This document shows positions 1 through 9,314 of a stretch of 28,119 nucleotides of DNA, piece after piece. Made by a program: the position numbers and the translations under genes. Below the pieces are notes generated by a model. It was not told where the DNA came from and did not search any database. It worked only from the letters and a program-made list of their open reading frames with translations. Each line of letters begins with the position of its first letter. Position 1 is the first letter of the stretch. The stretch is from Minisyncoccota bacterium (GTDB taxonomy: Bacteria; Patescibacteriota; Minisyncoccia; 2-02-FULL-40-12; GWA2-44-9), in the NCBI GenBank assembly GCA_036516715.1, contig DATDZX010000043.1:1-28119 (forward strand). The letters run 5' to 3'.

Positions 1-2
1 CG

Positions 3-428
3 GGGATAATAGAGAAAGATGTTCTGCCGGAATTATTCACTGAGCCGTTCGAGGCTAAAAGGCTGGTGGCTGAATTCGGGACAGAAAAAGGGATGGAAGA
101 GATAAAAGTTTTTTTTCTAAGCCGAGCGGCTAGGAATGATAAGATCATAAAAAAACTTATTGCGCTGGATGTGCCTAAGGGATTTGTTGATTTTCACAAA
201 AAAGGGGTCGCTTTCTTTAAGTCTCTTAACTACCAGTATCAATCAATAAGCGAGGCCGATAAGGATCCAGTCAAGGCTTTAATTGCCCTGAACAACTTGC
301 AAGACACATATCTTCAGTCACAATATATTCTTTCAGATTTGGCTGGGATGATTAAAAAGCTTGATATAGACATAGAAAGCAAAGAATTCAAATCTTTCAT
401 TCTCCAACTCTATGACCCAACGCTCTAA
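3..428 (+). CDS. Hypothetical protein, 5'-truncated by the window edge; first visible gene of the T4SS-like operon
   Basis: The frame is open from base 3 (GIIEKDVLPELFTEPFEAKRL precedes the track's GTG at 66), so the true start lies upstream. The stop overlaps the next ATG by 17 nt. Confidence 0.75.
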   Translation, partial: GIIEKDVLPELFTEPFEAKRLVAEFGTEKGMEEIKVFFLSRAARNDKIIKKLIALDVPKGFVDFHKKGVAFFKSLNYQYQSISEADKDPVKALIALNNLQDTYLQSQYILSDLAGMIKKLDIDIESKEFKSFILQLYDPTL

Positions 429-1944
429 ATACACCCTCCTTATTATTCTAGCGATTCTTTTTGCTTCCCCCTTCATGGGCCAGGCGACTGATGTCCACTA
501 TCTGGTTAAAGAATTCACGCTTGATCCGGCGGCAAGATTAATCGCCAGAACCGTCTTTCAAAATTTGTCCCAGTCTCTTGTTTCTCAAATTCAAGGAAAG
601 GGTAGAGATGGAGGACCGGCTTTTGTAACCAATTGGCGGAATTTTGAAACTGATGCCCAATACCGAGGGGAGGATATCTTCCGGGTTATCCTCGCCTCTT
701 CTAAGCTTTGCGGATACATAGACGATGAGATCAAGAATATTTTTGGCGCCAAGACAAAGATACCCCTTGCCGGTATCAACACCCGAGTCGGCAGCCTAGA
801 ATCATTCGGCTCCAGGGTTAATTGTACATTGCCTCAAGGATTTGATTTGGCTAAATATCAAAAAGATTTTAAAGGAAACGGCGGCTGGCAAGTTTTTAGC
901 CGGCTATCGGAACCTCAGAATAATTACTACGGTGTCCTCCTTGAATCACTTAATGAATTGGGTAAGCAAAGCGCTCTTGAAGTAAGTGCCGATCTTAATG
1001 AGGCCTTAGCAAATGATGGATTCCTTTCTGCCCGCAAGGGGCGGGCCGGGAATGATAGCTGCCAAGGCCGAGGTGCGAATGCAAAATGTGTTGTCCTTGG
1101 TAATGTTGTTACTCCCGGAAAGCTTCTGGGCGAAACGGTGGCTAATACCATAGACCAGGACCTAAACTGGTTGGTCAGTTCAGATGAAATATCCGAAGTA
1201 ATGATTGCTGTTGTAAACGCAACTATCAGCCGGCTGGCCAACCTGGCAGAAAGCACCGCTTCTTATCCGGATCCCAAGCTCGACGAAGCCCAGCTATTAA
1301 AAGAAGAGTACTGCACAGCGGATAAACCGAGCAAAAGAGCTATCAGCACTTATGGAAAGATATTTCCTGGCTATTCCGGGGGAGGCACCGACAGCCCTTG
1401 CAAATCGATAAGGAACAACGACAATCCCTACCCATACCAGCAATGTGTTTTGGCCTGCTTCAAGGCCGTCGGGGCTATCCCGGCTAACATATCCGTGCCA
1501 CCTCTTCCCTCCGGCAGCTCTTTGCCTGAAAGTCCGAGCCCAAGTAGCGCCCCAACACAAACTACTAATCCCACAGCTAGTCCCACCCCTTCTCCAAGTA
1601 CTTCCTCCCCAACGTCTCTTCTTTCTGACCTTAAAGCCGAAAGAGACAAATATGGTAATACCCTGACAGAAGATGAGGTTGGTAAGCTGCTAAACGCTGT
1701 GGCCTGGAAAAATAGAGGGGCGGGCTGGGTTTTACTGGGTAAATCATCGGGCGCAAATTGCCCTTCGCCTAGCGGCCCTAAAATCTCATGCGACTTCCTA
1801 TATCATAAACCTTCCAGGAGCGGGTTTGATGTTTTAATCGACTCAGATTCCAAAGCAACGCCAACCTGGCAAGGGCCGGACACTGTTGTTAATAGCCTTT
1901 TAGCCAGTGGCCAGAGAACTCTAGTTGACCCCATCCAACCGTGA
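412..1944 (+). CDS. Exported Cys-rich modular protein (signal peptide, Pro/Ser/Thr linker, small C-terminal domain)
   Basis: N-terminal hydrophobic signal (YTLLIILAILFASPFMGQA), 10 Cys, PST-rich linker PPLPSGSSLPESPSPSSAPTQTTNPTASPTPSPSTSSPTS. Overlaps both neighbours. Confidence 0.85.
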   Translation: MTQRSKYTLLIILAILFASPFMGQATDVHYLVKEFTLDPAARLIARTVFQNLSQSLVSQIQGKGRDGGPAFVTNWRNFETDAQYRGEDIFRVILASSKLCGYIDDEIKNIFGAKTKIPLAGINTRVGSLESFGSRVNCTLPQGFDLAKYQKDFKGNGGWQVFSRLSEPQNNYYGVLLESLNELGKQSALEVSADLNEALANDGFLSARKGRAGNDSCQGRGANAKCVVLGNVVTPGKLLGETVANTIDQDLNWLVSSDEISEVMIAVVNATISRLANLAESTASYPDPKLDEAQLLKEEYCTADKPSKRAISTYGKIFPGYSGGGTDSPCKSIRNNDNPYPYQQCVLACFKAVGAIPANISVPPLPSGSSLPESPSPSSAPTQTTNPTASPTPSPSTSSPTSLLSDLKAERDKYGNTLTEDEVGKLLNAVAWKNRGAGWVLLGKSSGANCPSPSGPKISCDFLYHKPSRSGFDVLIDSDSKATPTWQGPDTVVNSLLASGQRTLVDPIQP

Positions 1945-4403
1945 AGAAAACAGCCCGCCAACTATTCATTTTTCTTGTTGCTCTGTCTCTTCTTTTGCCT
2001 TTTATCTCCTTACCCCTAGAAGCGAAGGCTTGGTCCGCCACCGATTCTTTGTCGCTACTACTCAGCTGGGGCGGGGGTAGGTACTTCAGGGGCCTGGCCG
2101 TAGATGCTCTCACCACCATCTTTGAATGGGAAGGGAAGTTGCTCAGCACCATGGCCAATTTCATGAATTGGGCCATATATCTTCGGCCGTACCCCAAGCT
2201 GGCCGTAATCACTGGTGTTTGGAAGATTTTAAGGGATTTCGCTAACATGCTTTTCATCCTGGCCTTAATCTGGATGGCTTTTGCTACCCTCTTTGGTAAG
2301 AAAGATTACGCTTTCGCCACCCTGATCAAGAATTTCCTTATCGTCGCCGTCCTAATTAATTTTAGCCTTGTTCTGGGCGGACTGGTTATTGATACAACTC
2401 AAGTCGTTTCGAATATATTTTTAACCTCCATCGGTAACGTGGGGGATAGGTTTGGAGAATATCTTAATCCAAGCCTCCTTTTCCCGAACGCTCCAGAGGT
2501 TGGTGGCGGGGTAACATCATTTTCCCAGTACAGTAATCAGGTAGCGGATAAGCTGGGAGCGTCTTTGATTACCCTTATCTTCACTGTTATTCTTTTGGGG
2601 ATTCTTTTATTCAGTTTCACTACCGCCGCTTTGTTCGCTTTAGCCCGAGTACCGATTCTCTGGGTCTTACTTACCATCTCGCCCATTGCCTGGATGGCAT
2701 ATATCATGCCCGGAACGAGAAAGTTCTGGAACAATTGGTGGACTGAGTTCGTGGCCTGGAATATTTTCTTGCCCATCTATCTCTTCTTTATATATATCGG
2801 CTTGGCTTTTTTGAGCAAACAAGGGGAAATACTAGCCGCGGTGGCAGGGACCCAGAATATTACCCAGGGGGTAGTGGACTCCGGATTAAGCTCTCTTACC
2901 TTCGGCCTATTTTTCTTCTATCTTTTCACCGCCTATATCCTTATTCAAGGCCTCTCTTGGGCCAGGTCCTGGTCTGTTTTGGCCACTAAAGGTATCGGGG
3001 GTAGTGTCAGTAAGAGGTTCGAATCAAGGATTGACTGGGCAGCTGGAACGGCTAAGAATATTACTGGTATATCCGCTGGACAGGCAGCCGCACAAAACAG
3101 ATACAAGGCGATTAAGGAGGGGGCCACAGCAAGGTACGGACAATTCCAACAGGAAGGCTTCCAAAACCGCTTCTTAAGAAATATTTATGGCGGCAAATCG
3201 GCCCAGGAACAACGAGAGGCAAAATGGAAGGAACGGTTTGGCATTGAAGGATCTAAAGACGCGCAACTTAAAAAAGACATCGGAAATTGGAAGAATAAGT
3301 ATCAGAATATGGACAATTCTCAGCTTCGGGCTCAGATGTCGCAAGGCCAAGAATATCAGAGGCTGGCTGCTAGAGAGATTCTTCAAAGCCGAAATCAACT
3401 TAGCCACGCAGAGCAGACACAAACATACGATCTTTACGCAAAAAATAATAGGATTAGCGCTGAAAAGTTTGCTGAGGGCCTTAACTACGGCAATATGTCT
3501 TCTGCTGACCGGGCAAACTGGATTAATAAGGTGCAACGAAATGAATTGAGAAAAAAGATTCAAAATACTCGTGCTGAAAAAGGAGACTTTACAAATCTGG
3601 CGGACATAAGGGCAGGCGCCACTATTTATACTACTGATTCAGAGAGGGCTGAATTTCTTAAAAAGGCAGGACGGCGAATCGCAAATCCGAGAGATCTTGC
3701 CCCACTTATATCTACCGGAAGTACCGAAGAGCAGCTAGCTGTAAGAGAAATCATGGCTGATAGGGGCGCATTGCGTGGTTCTGAATTACGAGATACCTAC
3801 CTCCTCCATGGAGATGGTACTGAAGCAGCAAGAAAATTCGCTTCAGATAAGGTTAAGTTCGACAAACTTACAGCGGTGGACAGGGCTACATGGTTTTCTT
3901 CGCCCGATGTTACTGACCCAGATACCAGGAGAAAGGTGGTTGAAATAGCCATGGATAAAGGCGACTTTGCTACCAGTGCTCAACTTGAAAATGCCGCTCG
4001 CTTGGTTAACCCTGATGGCACTGATTTGTTTGAAGGCCTTGATGACAAAACTGAACTTTTGAAAAAGGCCCATAAAAACAACTTTCTTCAAGCTGTGCAA
4101 GCCGAGGCCACTATAACCGGATTGGCCCCTGCCACAGTTATGTCTGAACATATAAGAAGAGCAAAACCTGAGACTCTTGCTGAATTCTCGACCACGACTT
4201 GGAGTGATGCTGGTTTTGTTGCGGCAGTGGGAGCGAGAGTAACGGCCCTACAAACAGCCAATAACCGTAGAGTGATCAATGTCCCACCAGCTCCACCGGA
4301 AGTGGTGCCTGGGGCTGGAGATAACTTTGTTGCCAAATTAAGAGAGGCGGCTAGTAGTGATGCAACTAAATTGGCAGCAATAAGCACAATAACTCCTCCT
4401 TAA
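1941..4403 (+). CDS. VirB6/TrbL-like polytopic membrane protein with a long repeat-containing C-terminal tail
   Basis: Signal peptide, then about 7-8 hydrophobic segments in the first ~350 aa (W..LRDFANM.FI, LINFSL..GG..ID, R.PILW.LL..SPIAW..YI.P), followed by a hydrophilic tail. Lies upstream of PrgI and VirB4. GTGA overlap with the previous gene. Confidence 0.75.
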   Translation: MKKTARQLFIFLVALSLLLPFISLPLEAKAWSATDSLSLLLSWGGGRYFRGLAVDALTTIFEWEGKLLSTMANFMNWAIYLRPYPKLAVITGVWKILRDFANMLFILALIWMAFATLFGKKDYAFATLIKNFLIVAVLINFSLVLGGLVIDTTQVVSNIFLTSIGNVGDRFGEYLNPSLLFPNAPEVGGGVTSFSQYSNQVADKLGASLITLIFTVILLGILLFSFTTAALFALARVPILWVLLTISPIAWMAYIMPGTRKFWNNWWTEFVAWNIFLPIYLFFIYIGLAFLSKQGEILAAVAGTQNITQGVVDSGLSSLTFGLFFFYLFTAYILIQGLSWARSWSVLATKGIGGSVSKRFESRIDWAAGTAKNITGISAGQAAAQNRYKAIKEGATARYGQFQQEGFQNRFLRNIYGGKSAQEQREAKWKERFGIEGSKDAQLKKDIGNWKNKYQNMDNSQLRAQMSQGQEYQRLAAREILQSRNQLSHAEQTQTYDLYAKNNRISAEKFAEGLNYGNMSSADRANWINKVQRNELRKKIQNTRAEKGDFTNLADIRAGATIYTTDSERAEFLKKAGRRIANPRDLAPLISTGSTEEQLAVREIMADRGALRGSELRDTYLLHGDGTEAARKFASDKVKFDKLTAVDRATWFSSPDVTDPDTRRKVVEIAMDKGDFATSAQLENAARLVNPDGTDLFEGLDDKTELLKKAHKNNFLQAVQAEATITGLAPATVMSEHIRRAKPETLAEFSTTTWSDAGFVAAVGARVTALQTANNRRVINVPPAPPEVVPGAGDNFVAKLREAASSDATKLAAISTITPP

Positions 4404-4404
4404 T

Positions 4405-4857
4405 ATGTATAGCCTATATAGCCCATATGAAGTTGACTTGGATAATTGTCTTCGGGACCGAAGAGCTTGGGAATCTTTTTCAAATAAAATAAAAAGTCTT
4501 CCTGGCCCACTTAAGCATGCCCTCTTTGCGGCGGAAACCGCCGCCTATATTCAAAGTCTTTGTCTTTTATACAAACTTTCCGATAGTCAATCGGCTGAAA
4601 TTGCCAGAATCACTAGGGATATTATCTTGGGCGATCTGCTTGTAGGGGACATGGTCAAAGCCCTTTCAGATAAAACTGGTCTAGATCAAAATTCCAGCAA
4701 AACCCTAGCTGAATCTATCGCAAAAAAAGTTTTCCTTCCAGTTGTTCAAGAGTTAAAAGAACATCAAAAAAATAGACCTGAAAAAACAGGGCCAACCAAA
4801 GGCGAAATAAGCGACCTTAACCCCCATAATGTGGTAAACTTAAGAGAAGACAAATGA
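4405..4857 (+). CDS. Hypothetical cytoplasmic helical protein of the T4SS-like operon
   Basis: 150-aa ORF 1 nt after the previous stop, with an ATGA overlap into prgI. No TM segment. Confidence 0.8.
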   Translation: MYSLYSPYEVDLDNCLRDRRAWESFSNKIKSLPGPLKHALFAAETAAYIQSLCLLYKLSDSQSAEIARITRDIILGDLLVGDMVKALSDKTGLDQNSSKTLAESIAKKVFLPVVQELKEHQKNRPEKTGPTKGEISDLNPHNVVNLREDK

Positions 4858-5159
4858 GATTTCAAGTGCCCCAATTCGTTGAAACAGAAGTTAAAATAAT
4901 CGGCCCCCTTACTTTAAAGCAATTTCTTTGGGTGGCGGCTGGAGCTGTCCTTCTGTTTCTTTTCTTCAACACCTTAAGAGGTATCTGGTTCTTTGTGGCC
5001 GCTATTCCAACAGTAGTCATCGCCTGCGCTATGGCCTTCCTTAAGATTAATGACCTAACCTTGGTAGAATATGTGTCTTCTTTCTTTTCTTTCCTATCCT
5101 CTCCTAAAAGATATGTCTTCAAGAAAGCAACCGAAAAGACATACTTAAACAATGGCTAA
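4854..5159 (+). CDS. PrgI-family (VirB3-like) membrane protein
   Basis: Characteristic N-terminus MRFQVPQFVE.E.KIIGPLTLKQF, two TM helices, C-terminal SP..YVFKK. Confidence 0.85.
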   Translation: MRFQVPQFVETEVKIIGPLTLKQFLWVAAGAVLLFLFFNTLRGIWFFVAAIPTVVIACAMAFLKINDLTLVEYVSSFFSFLSSPKRYVFKKATEKTYLNNG

Positions 5160-5814
5160 CAATTCAACCCAAAAACTAATCGAGGTTAGCGATATTCAAG
5201 ACAGCATCATCTTAACCAAAGATGGCGCCTTGCATTCAATTCTTGAGGCCTCAGCCATCAACTTTGAATTAAGATCGGAAGACGAGCAGATTGCCATTAC
5301 CCAGAACTTTCAAAGATTCTTGAATTCCATTGATTTCCCAATCCAGATAATGGTTAGCTCCCGCCAGCTCTCCATGGAGCCATACCTCCAACTCATCGAC
5401 CAGGCGACTAACGGCCTTGCCAATGAGCTCCTAAAGATCCAAGGGCTTGAATATCAGAAATTCATCAAAGAGCTCCTTGAACTCTCAAACATTATGTCTA
5501 AGAAATTCTATATCTGTATTCCTTTCTATCCCATAGAGGCTCCTTCTGGAACAGACATTAAAAGGGGATTGTTGGGCTTCCTGAAGCCTTCTTCCAGACA
5601 AGGCCCCCAGTTGTCGCCGGAAGACATTGAGAAGTATCGGCCACAGATGCTCCAGCGGGTGAACCTTGTCTATGACGGCCTCTTGGGGGCCAGCCTCAAG
5701 ACCAGGCTCTTAGAAGGCAATGAATTAGTGAATCTAATCTACGGATATTATAACGCCACCACTGAGGCGCCTTTAAATAAAGAAGCAACAACGGAATATG
5801 AATCCAAACAATAG
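5152..5814 (+). CDS. TraC/VirB4 N-terminal-like partner protein
   Basis: INFEL.SE.EQ.AI...FQ.FLNS.DFPIQI motif typical of the gene between prgI and virB4 in these clusters. Overlaps both neighbours. Confidence 0.7.
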   Translation: MANNSTQKLIEVSDIQDSIILTKDGALHSILEASAINFELRSEDEQIAITQNFQRFLNSIDFPIQIMVSSRQLSMEPYLQLIDQATNGLANELLKIQGLEYQKFIKELLELSNIMSKKFYICIPFYPIEAPSGTDIKRGLLGFLKPSSRQGPQLSPEDIEKYRPQMLQRVNLVYDGLLGASLKTRLLEGNELVNLIYGYYNATTEAPLNKEATTEYESKQ

Positions 5815-7552
5815 CCCAAAAACATCATTGAGTGAGCTTCTCGCTCCTTCAGCCTTAGCCATCACCCCCAACTATATCCAAGTGGGGGATAAGGTGGCGA
5901 GGACTTTGGTTTTGGTTACTTATCCCCGCTACCTCAATACGAGCTGGTTTTCTCCAGTCATTAATCTTGACCAGGAATTTGATATCTCGATATTCGTTCT
6001 GCCAACCCATACGCCGGATGTTCTAAAACAGCTAAGAGACAGGCTCGCTAAGCTTGAAGCCCAGGCAATGGAAGAGGCATCAAAAGGAAAAGTCAGAGAC
6101 CCCCTCCTTGAAACAGCCATCCAAGATATTGAAACTTTGCGGGATAAGCTCCAGCAGGGGACGGATAAATATTTTGAGTTGGGGATATATATTACCTTTT
6201 ACGAGAAAGACTTAAAGAAATTAAACGAAACAGAATCCAAGATCAAGGGCTTACTAGAATATCAGTCCATATTCTCAAGACCATCAACATTTAGAATGCT
6301 TGATGGATTTAATTCAACTCTGCCTTTGACTCTTGATCGCTTAGCCACTCACACTTCCCTAAATACCGAGCCTCTTTCTTCTGTCTTTCCGTTCATATCA
6401 TTCGATCTAACATCGAATAACGGAATACTTTATGGTATTAATACCCATAACAATTCCTTGGTGCTATTTGATCGTTTCAATTTAGAGAATGCGAACTGTA
6501 CAGTATTCGGCATGAGTGGTGGTGGTAAATCCTACACTGTTAAGCTTGAAATCTTACGAAGCATGGTCTTCGGTACCCAGGTTATTGTCGTCGATCCGGA
6601 AGATGAGTACAAATACTTAGCCGAAACAGTCGGTGGTACCTCAATTAAGATATCAATTAACTCAGACCAACACGTTAATCCATTCGACCTGCCGATACCA
6701 AAAGAAGGAGAGTTTCCAGCGGATGTCTTTAAGTCGCACATTCTTGACCTTACCGGCCTTCTAAGGTTAATTCTGGGGAATCTTACCCCAGAAGAAAGCT
6801 CTATTCTTGATGAAGCCCTTCTCCAAACTTACGCCGTTAAAGACATTACGCCTGGATCAGACTTTACCCAAGCCACACCCCCCCTTCTTTCGGATCTCCA
6901 AAAAATTCTAGAGGGTCTCACTGGAGCCGAATCAATGGCGATTCGCCTTAAAAAGTATACCGAGGGAACGTTTGCTGGATTTCTAAACAAACCCACGAAT
7001 GTACCCCTGGATAATCAGTTGATTGTTTTCAGTATTAAGGAGATGGAGGAGGAACTCCGGCCTATCGCCATGTATCTGATTCTCACACATATCTGGGTCA
7101 CGATCCGACGAACCCTTAAAAAGAGAATCCTGGTGGTTGATGAGGCTTGGTGGTTGATGAAGTATGAGATTGGAGCTAACTTCTTGTCCAACATCGCCAA
7201 AAGAGCCAGAAAATACTATGCCGGCCTTACAACTATCTCCCAAGATATCCCTGATTTCTTGGCCAGCTCTCAAGGAAAAACAATCCTCACCAATTCATCT
7301 ATTCAGATATTGATGAAGCAATCGCCGGCCGCAATTGATGTTGTCCAACAGACATTTAATCTGACTGATGCCGAGAAATTCTATCTCCTCGACGCCAGGG
7401 TTGGTTTTGGTCTCTTCTTTTTGGGCCAAAATCATGTTGGTATCAGAGTTGTCGCCTCCTATGCTGAAGACCAGATCATTACTTCTGACCCAAGACAGTT
7501 GTTAGAAATAGAAAAAGCCAAAGAAGAGTGGGCTAAATCACAGAAACAATAA
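5798..7552 (+). CDS. virB4: VirB4-like (TraG/ConE-type) secretion ATPase
   Basis: Walker A GMSGGGKS, VVDPEDEY motif, Walker B LVVDEAW, RARKY..GL..ISQD motif. Confidence 0.9.
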   Translation: MNPNNSPKTSLSELLAPSALAITPNYIQVGDKVARTLVLVTYPRYLNTSWFSPVINLDQEFDISIFVLPTHTPDVLKQLRDRLAKLEAQAMEEASKGKVRDPLLETAIQDIETLRDKLQQGTDKYFELGIYITFYEKDLKKLNETESKIKGLLEYQSIFSRPSTFRMLDGFNSTLPLTLDRLATHTSLNTEPLSSVFPFISFDLTSNNGILYGINTHNNSLVLFDRFNLENANCTVFGMSGGGKSYTVKLEILRSMVFGTQVIVVDPEDEYKYLAETVGGTSIKISINSDQHVNPFDLPIPKEGEFPADVFKSHILDLTGLLRLILGNLTPEESSILDEALLQTYAVKDITPGSDFTQATPPLLSDLQKILEGLTGAESMAIRLKKYTEGTFAGFLNKPTNVPLDNQLIVFSIKEMEEELRPIAMYLILTHIWVTIRRTLKKRILVVDEAWWLMKYEIGANFLSNIAKRARKYYAGLTTISQDIPDFLASSQGKTILTNSSIQILMKQSPAAIDVVQQTFNLTDAEKFYLLDARVGFGLFFLGQNHVGIRVVASYAEDQIITSDPRQLLEIEKAKEEWAKSQKQ

Positions 7553-8226
7553 TGCTTTTTCTTGTTGCCAGCCAAATAGACCAAGGGCCCGACCCGGAAA
7601 TAAATCGGGCTATCGCCTTGGCCATGGAACAGGCGATCCACCAAGAAGAGCAGAAGCTGGAAGCGGTTGTTGATGAAGGAAAATCTTTTCGGAAACCATC
7701 TAAGATAAAGTATGGCTTTCTGATTATTTGTGCTGTTATCAAAGATCTCCTCGATATCCTTGCTATTCCCGCCGCGGCGACTGTCGCTGGATATTTTGTC
7801 CTTAAGGCCATTTCGGTTGTTATTTCAGTTTTGATTCTTGCCGTTTTCTGGTTTACTAGAACCAAGCAAAAAAGAGCCGAAAAATATATCGATGAAATCG
7901 GAGAAGTCCTCGCTGAGATCCAAGAAAATATAGCCCATTATACCCGCCTAGCCCTTCGTACCGCCAAGATCGCTCGGCGAGTCCCGGGTGGGGGCAGAAT
8001 TGCAAGACAGGTCCCTAGGTTATTGGTCAGAGCCAGAAGAGTGGCCAGAAAAAATCCGATCACTAAACTTTTGTTCGCGAGCGCCCTAGACCTTGTTCCC
8101 ATAATCGACGTTGTTCCTTGGACATCTCTAGGAGTAGCCCTGAGTTATCTAGATGAGAGAAAAAGCTTCCAGAATGCATATACCGCGGCGAGTGAAGCCG
8201 AGGAAATGGTCCTGGAGCCAGCCTAA
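7552..8226 (+). CDS. Membrane protein with an Arg-rich amphipathic segment
   Basis: TAATG overlap with virB4. Two or three hydrophobic segments, a basic stretch, and C-terminal LDLVPIIDVVPW. Confidence 0.8.
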   Translation: MLFLVASQIDQGPDPEINRAIALAMEQAIHQEEQKLEAVVDEGKSFRKPSKIKYGFLIICAVIKDLLDILAIPAAATVAGYFVLKAISVVISVLILAVFWFTRTKQKRAEKYIDEIGEVLAEIQENIAHYTRLALRTAKIARRVPGGGRIARQVPRLLVRARRVARKNPITKLLFASALDLVPIIDVVPWTSLGVALSYLDERKSFQNAYTAASEAEEMVLEPA

Positions 8227-9291
8227 ATGTCATTCACCAAAAACCAAAACATATTAATTTTTACCCTCCTCGTCGCCTTGGCTGGAACTTTGTCATACCT
8301 TTTTCTCCTTCCCCAAGACAACTCATACCAGAGAGGGGCCTTGATTGATCGCTTTGACACAGTGGCCACAACCGCAGAAGAAGATTACCGGCCCATTTTA
8401 GTGCCTTTAGGGAGCGACGAGGCTGTTTCTTTAGCATCTAGCCTGAAAGGAGAGGAAGTTTTGTATTATGAAGTCAGCACGGGTAGAACATATTCTTTTG
8501 ACCCAAAGACTCGAACTAGGGAGGTTGTGTCAGAAAATATTCTTGAGGGATTTGAGCGGTCAATCTGGTCACCCGCAAGAAAAGAGGTGATATCTCTATT
8601 CACCACCCGCCAGGGCCAGGAGTATCGATACTACGACTTTGAATCAAAAATATCTACAACATTGCCCAAGGGAATATCTTCAGTTGTTTTTTCACCCGAT
8701 GGCTCCCGTATTGCATACTTCCTCCAAAAAGAAGGTGGGGATAATCAAATAATGGTTAGCCGACCGGATGGCTCACTGCCAAAGGAAATTCTCAAAACAA
8801 GAATACCTTCATTAAATATATCTTGGCCTAAAGAAGAGATGCTTTCCTTGCAATATAAAAAAGAGGGGGGAGAAGGTGGCCTCTACACCCTCACTCTTTC
8901 TGGAAACTTAGAAAAAAAGCTGAGTGGGGCTCCATCTTTGTCCGTTCTTTGGTCTCCAAGCGCAGAACAGCTTCTTTATTCCACAGAAGACCCTAGCGGG
9001 GCCACAAGTTTTTATATTATGCGTGGCCAAGAAACAAAAAAGATTAACATTGAGGCTTCCTCTGAATTGTGCGCCTGGGACAACAACGAGGAAAATATTT
9101 TTTGTTTAGTATCATCGCGGGAAAGCGCCGGTGAGGTGGCCCTCTCCTCATTGGACGCCAAAACCTTAGAGACCACAGTGATTCGACCCAGACTAGATGT
9201 AAGGCCAAAAGAAGTCCTCTTGACTCGTCTTAACGGCTATCTTATTATTCTGGACCGCCACAACCAGCTCTACGCCGCTCCACTAAACTAA
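8227..9291 (+). CDS. Membrane-anchored TolB/WD40-like beta-propeller protein
   Basis: One N-terminal TM, then recurrent blade motifs (IWSPA, VFSPDGSRIAY, ISWPK, LWSPSAEQLLY, CAWDN). Confidence 0.75.
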   Translation: MSFTKNQNILIFTLLVALAGTLSYLFLLPQDNSYQRGALIDRFDTVATTAEEDYRPILVPLGSDEAVSLASSLKGEEVLYYEVSTGRTYSFDPKTRTREVVSENILEGFERSIWSPARKEVISLFTTRQGQEYRYYDFESKISTTLPKGISSVVFSPDGSRIAYFLQKEGGDNQIMVSRPDGSLPKEILKTRIPSLNISWPKEEMLSLQYKKEGGEGGLYTLTLSGNLEKKLSGAPSLSVLWSPSAEQLLYSTEDPSGATSFYIMRGQETKKINIEASSELCAWDNNEENIFCLVSSRESAGEVALSSLDAKTLETTVIRPRLDVRPKEVLLTRLNGYLIILDRHNQLYAAPLN

Positions 9292-9314
9292 CAGAGGCCC
9301 CTCGGCCTCTGTTA
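9289..9314. terminator. Probable bidirectional terminator between the convergent T4SS-like and jag operons
   Basis: Perfect 11-bp inverted repeat taacagaggcc-cctc-ggcctctgtta whose outer ends are the two stop codons. Confidence 0.75.

Noticed and set aside
1-9291. T4SS cluster as an active ICE or prophage
   Set aside because: No integrase, relaxase, att-like repeat or obvious compositional break is visible, and it abuts housekeeping genes via a shared terminator. The upstream part is not visible, so this is not fully excluded.
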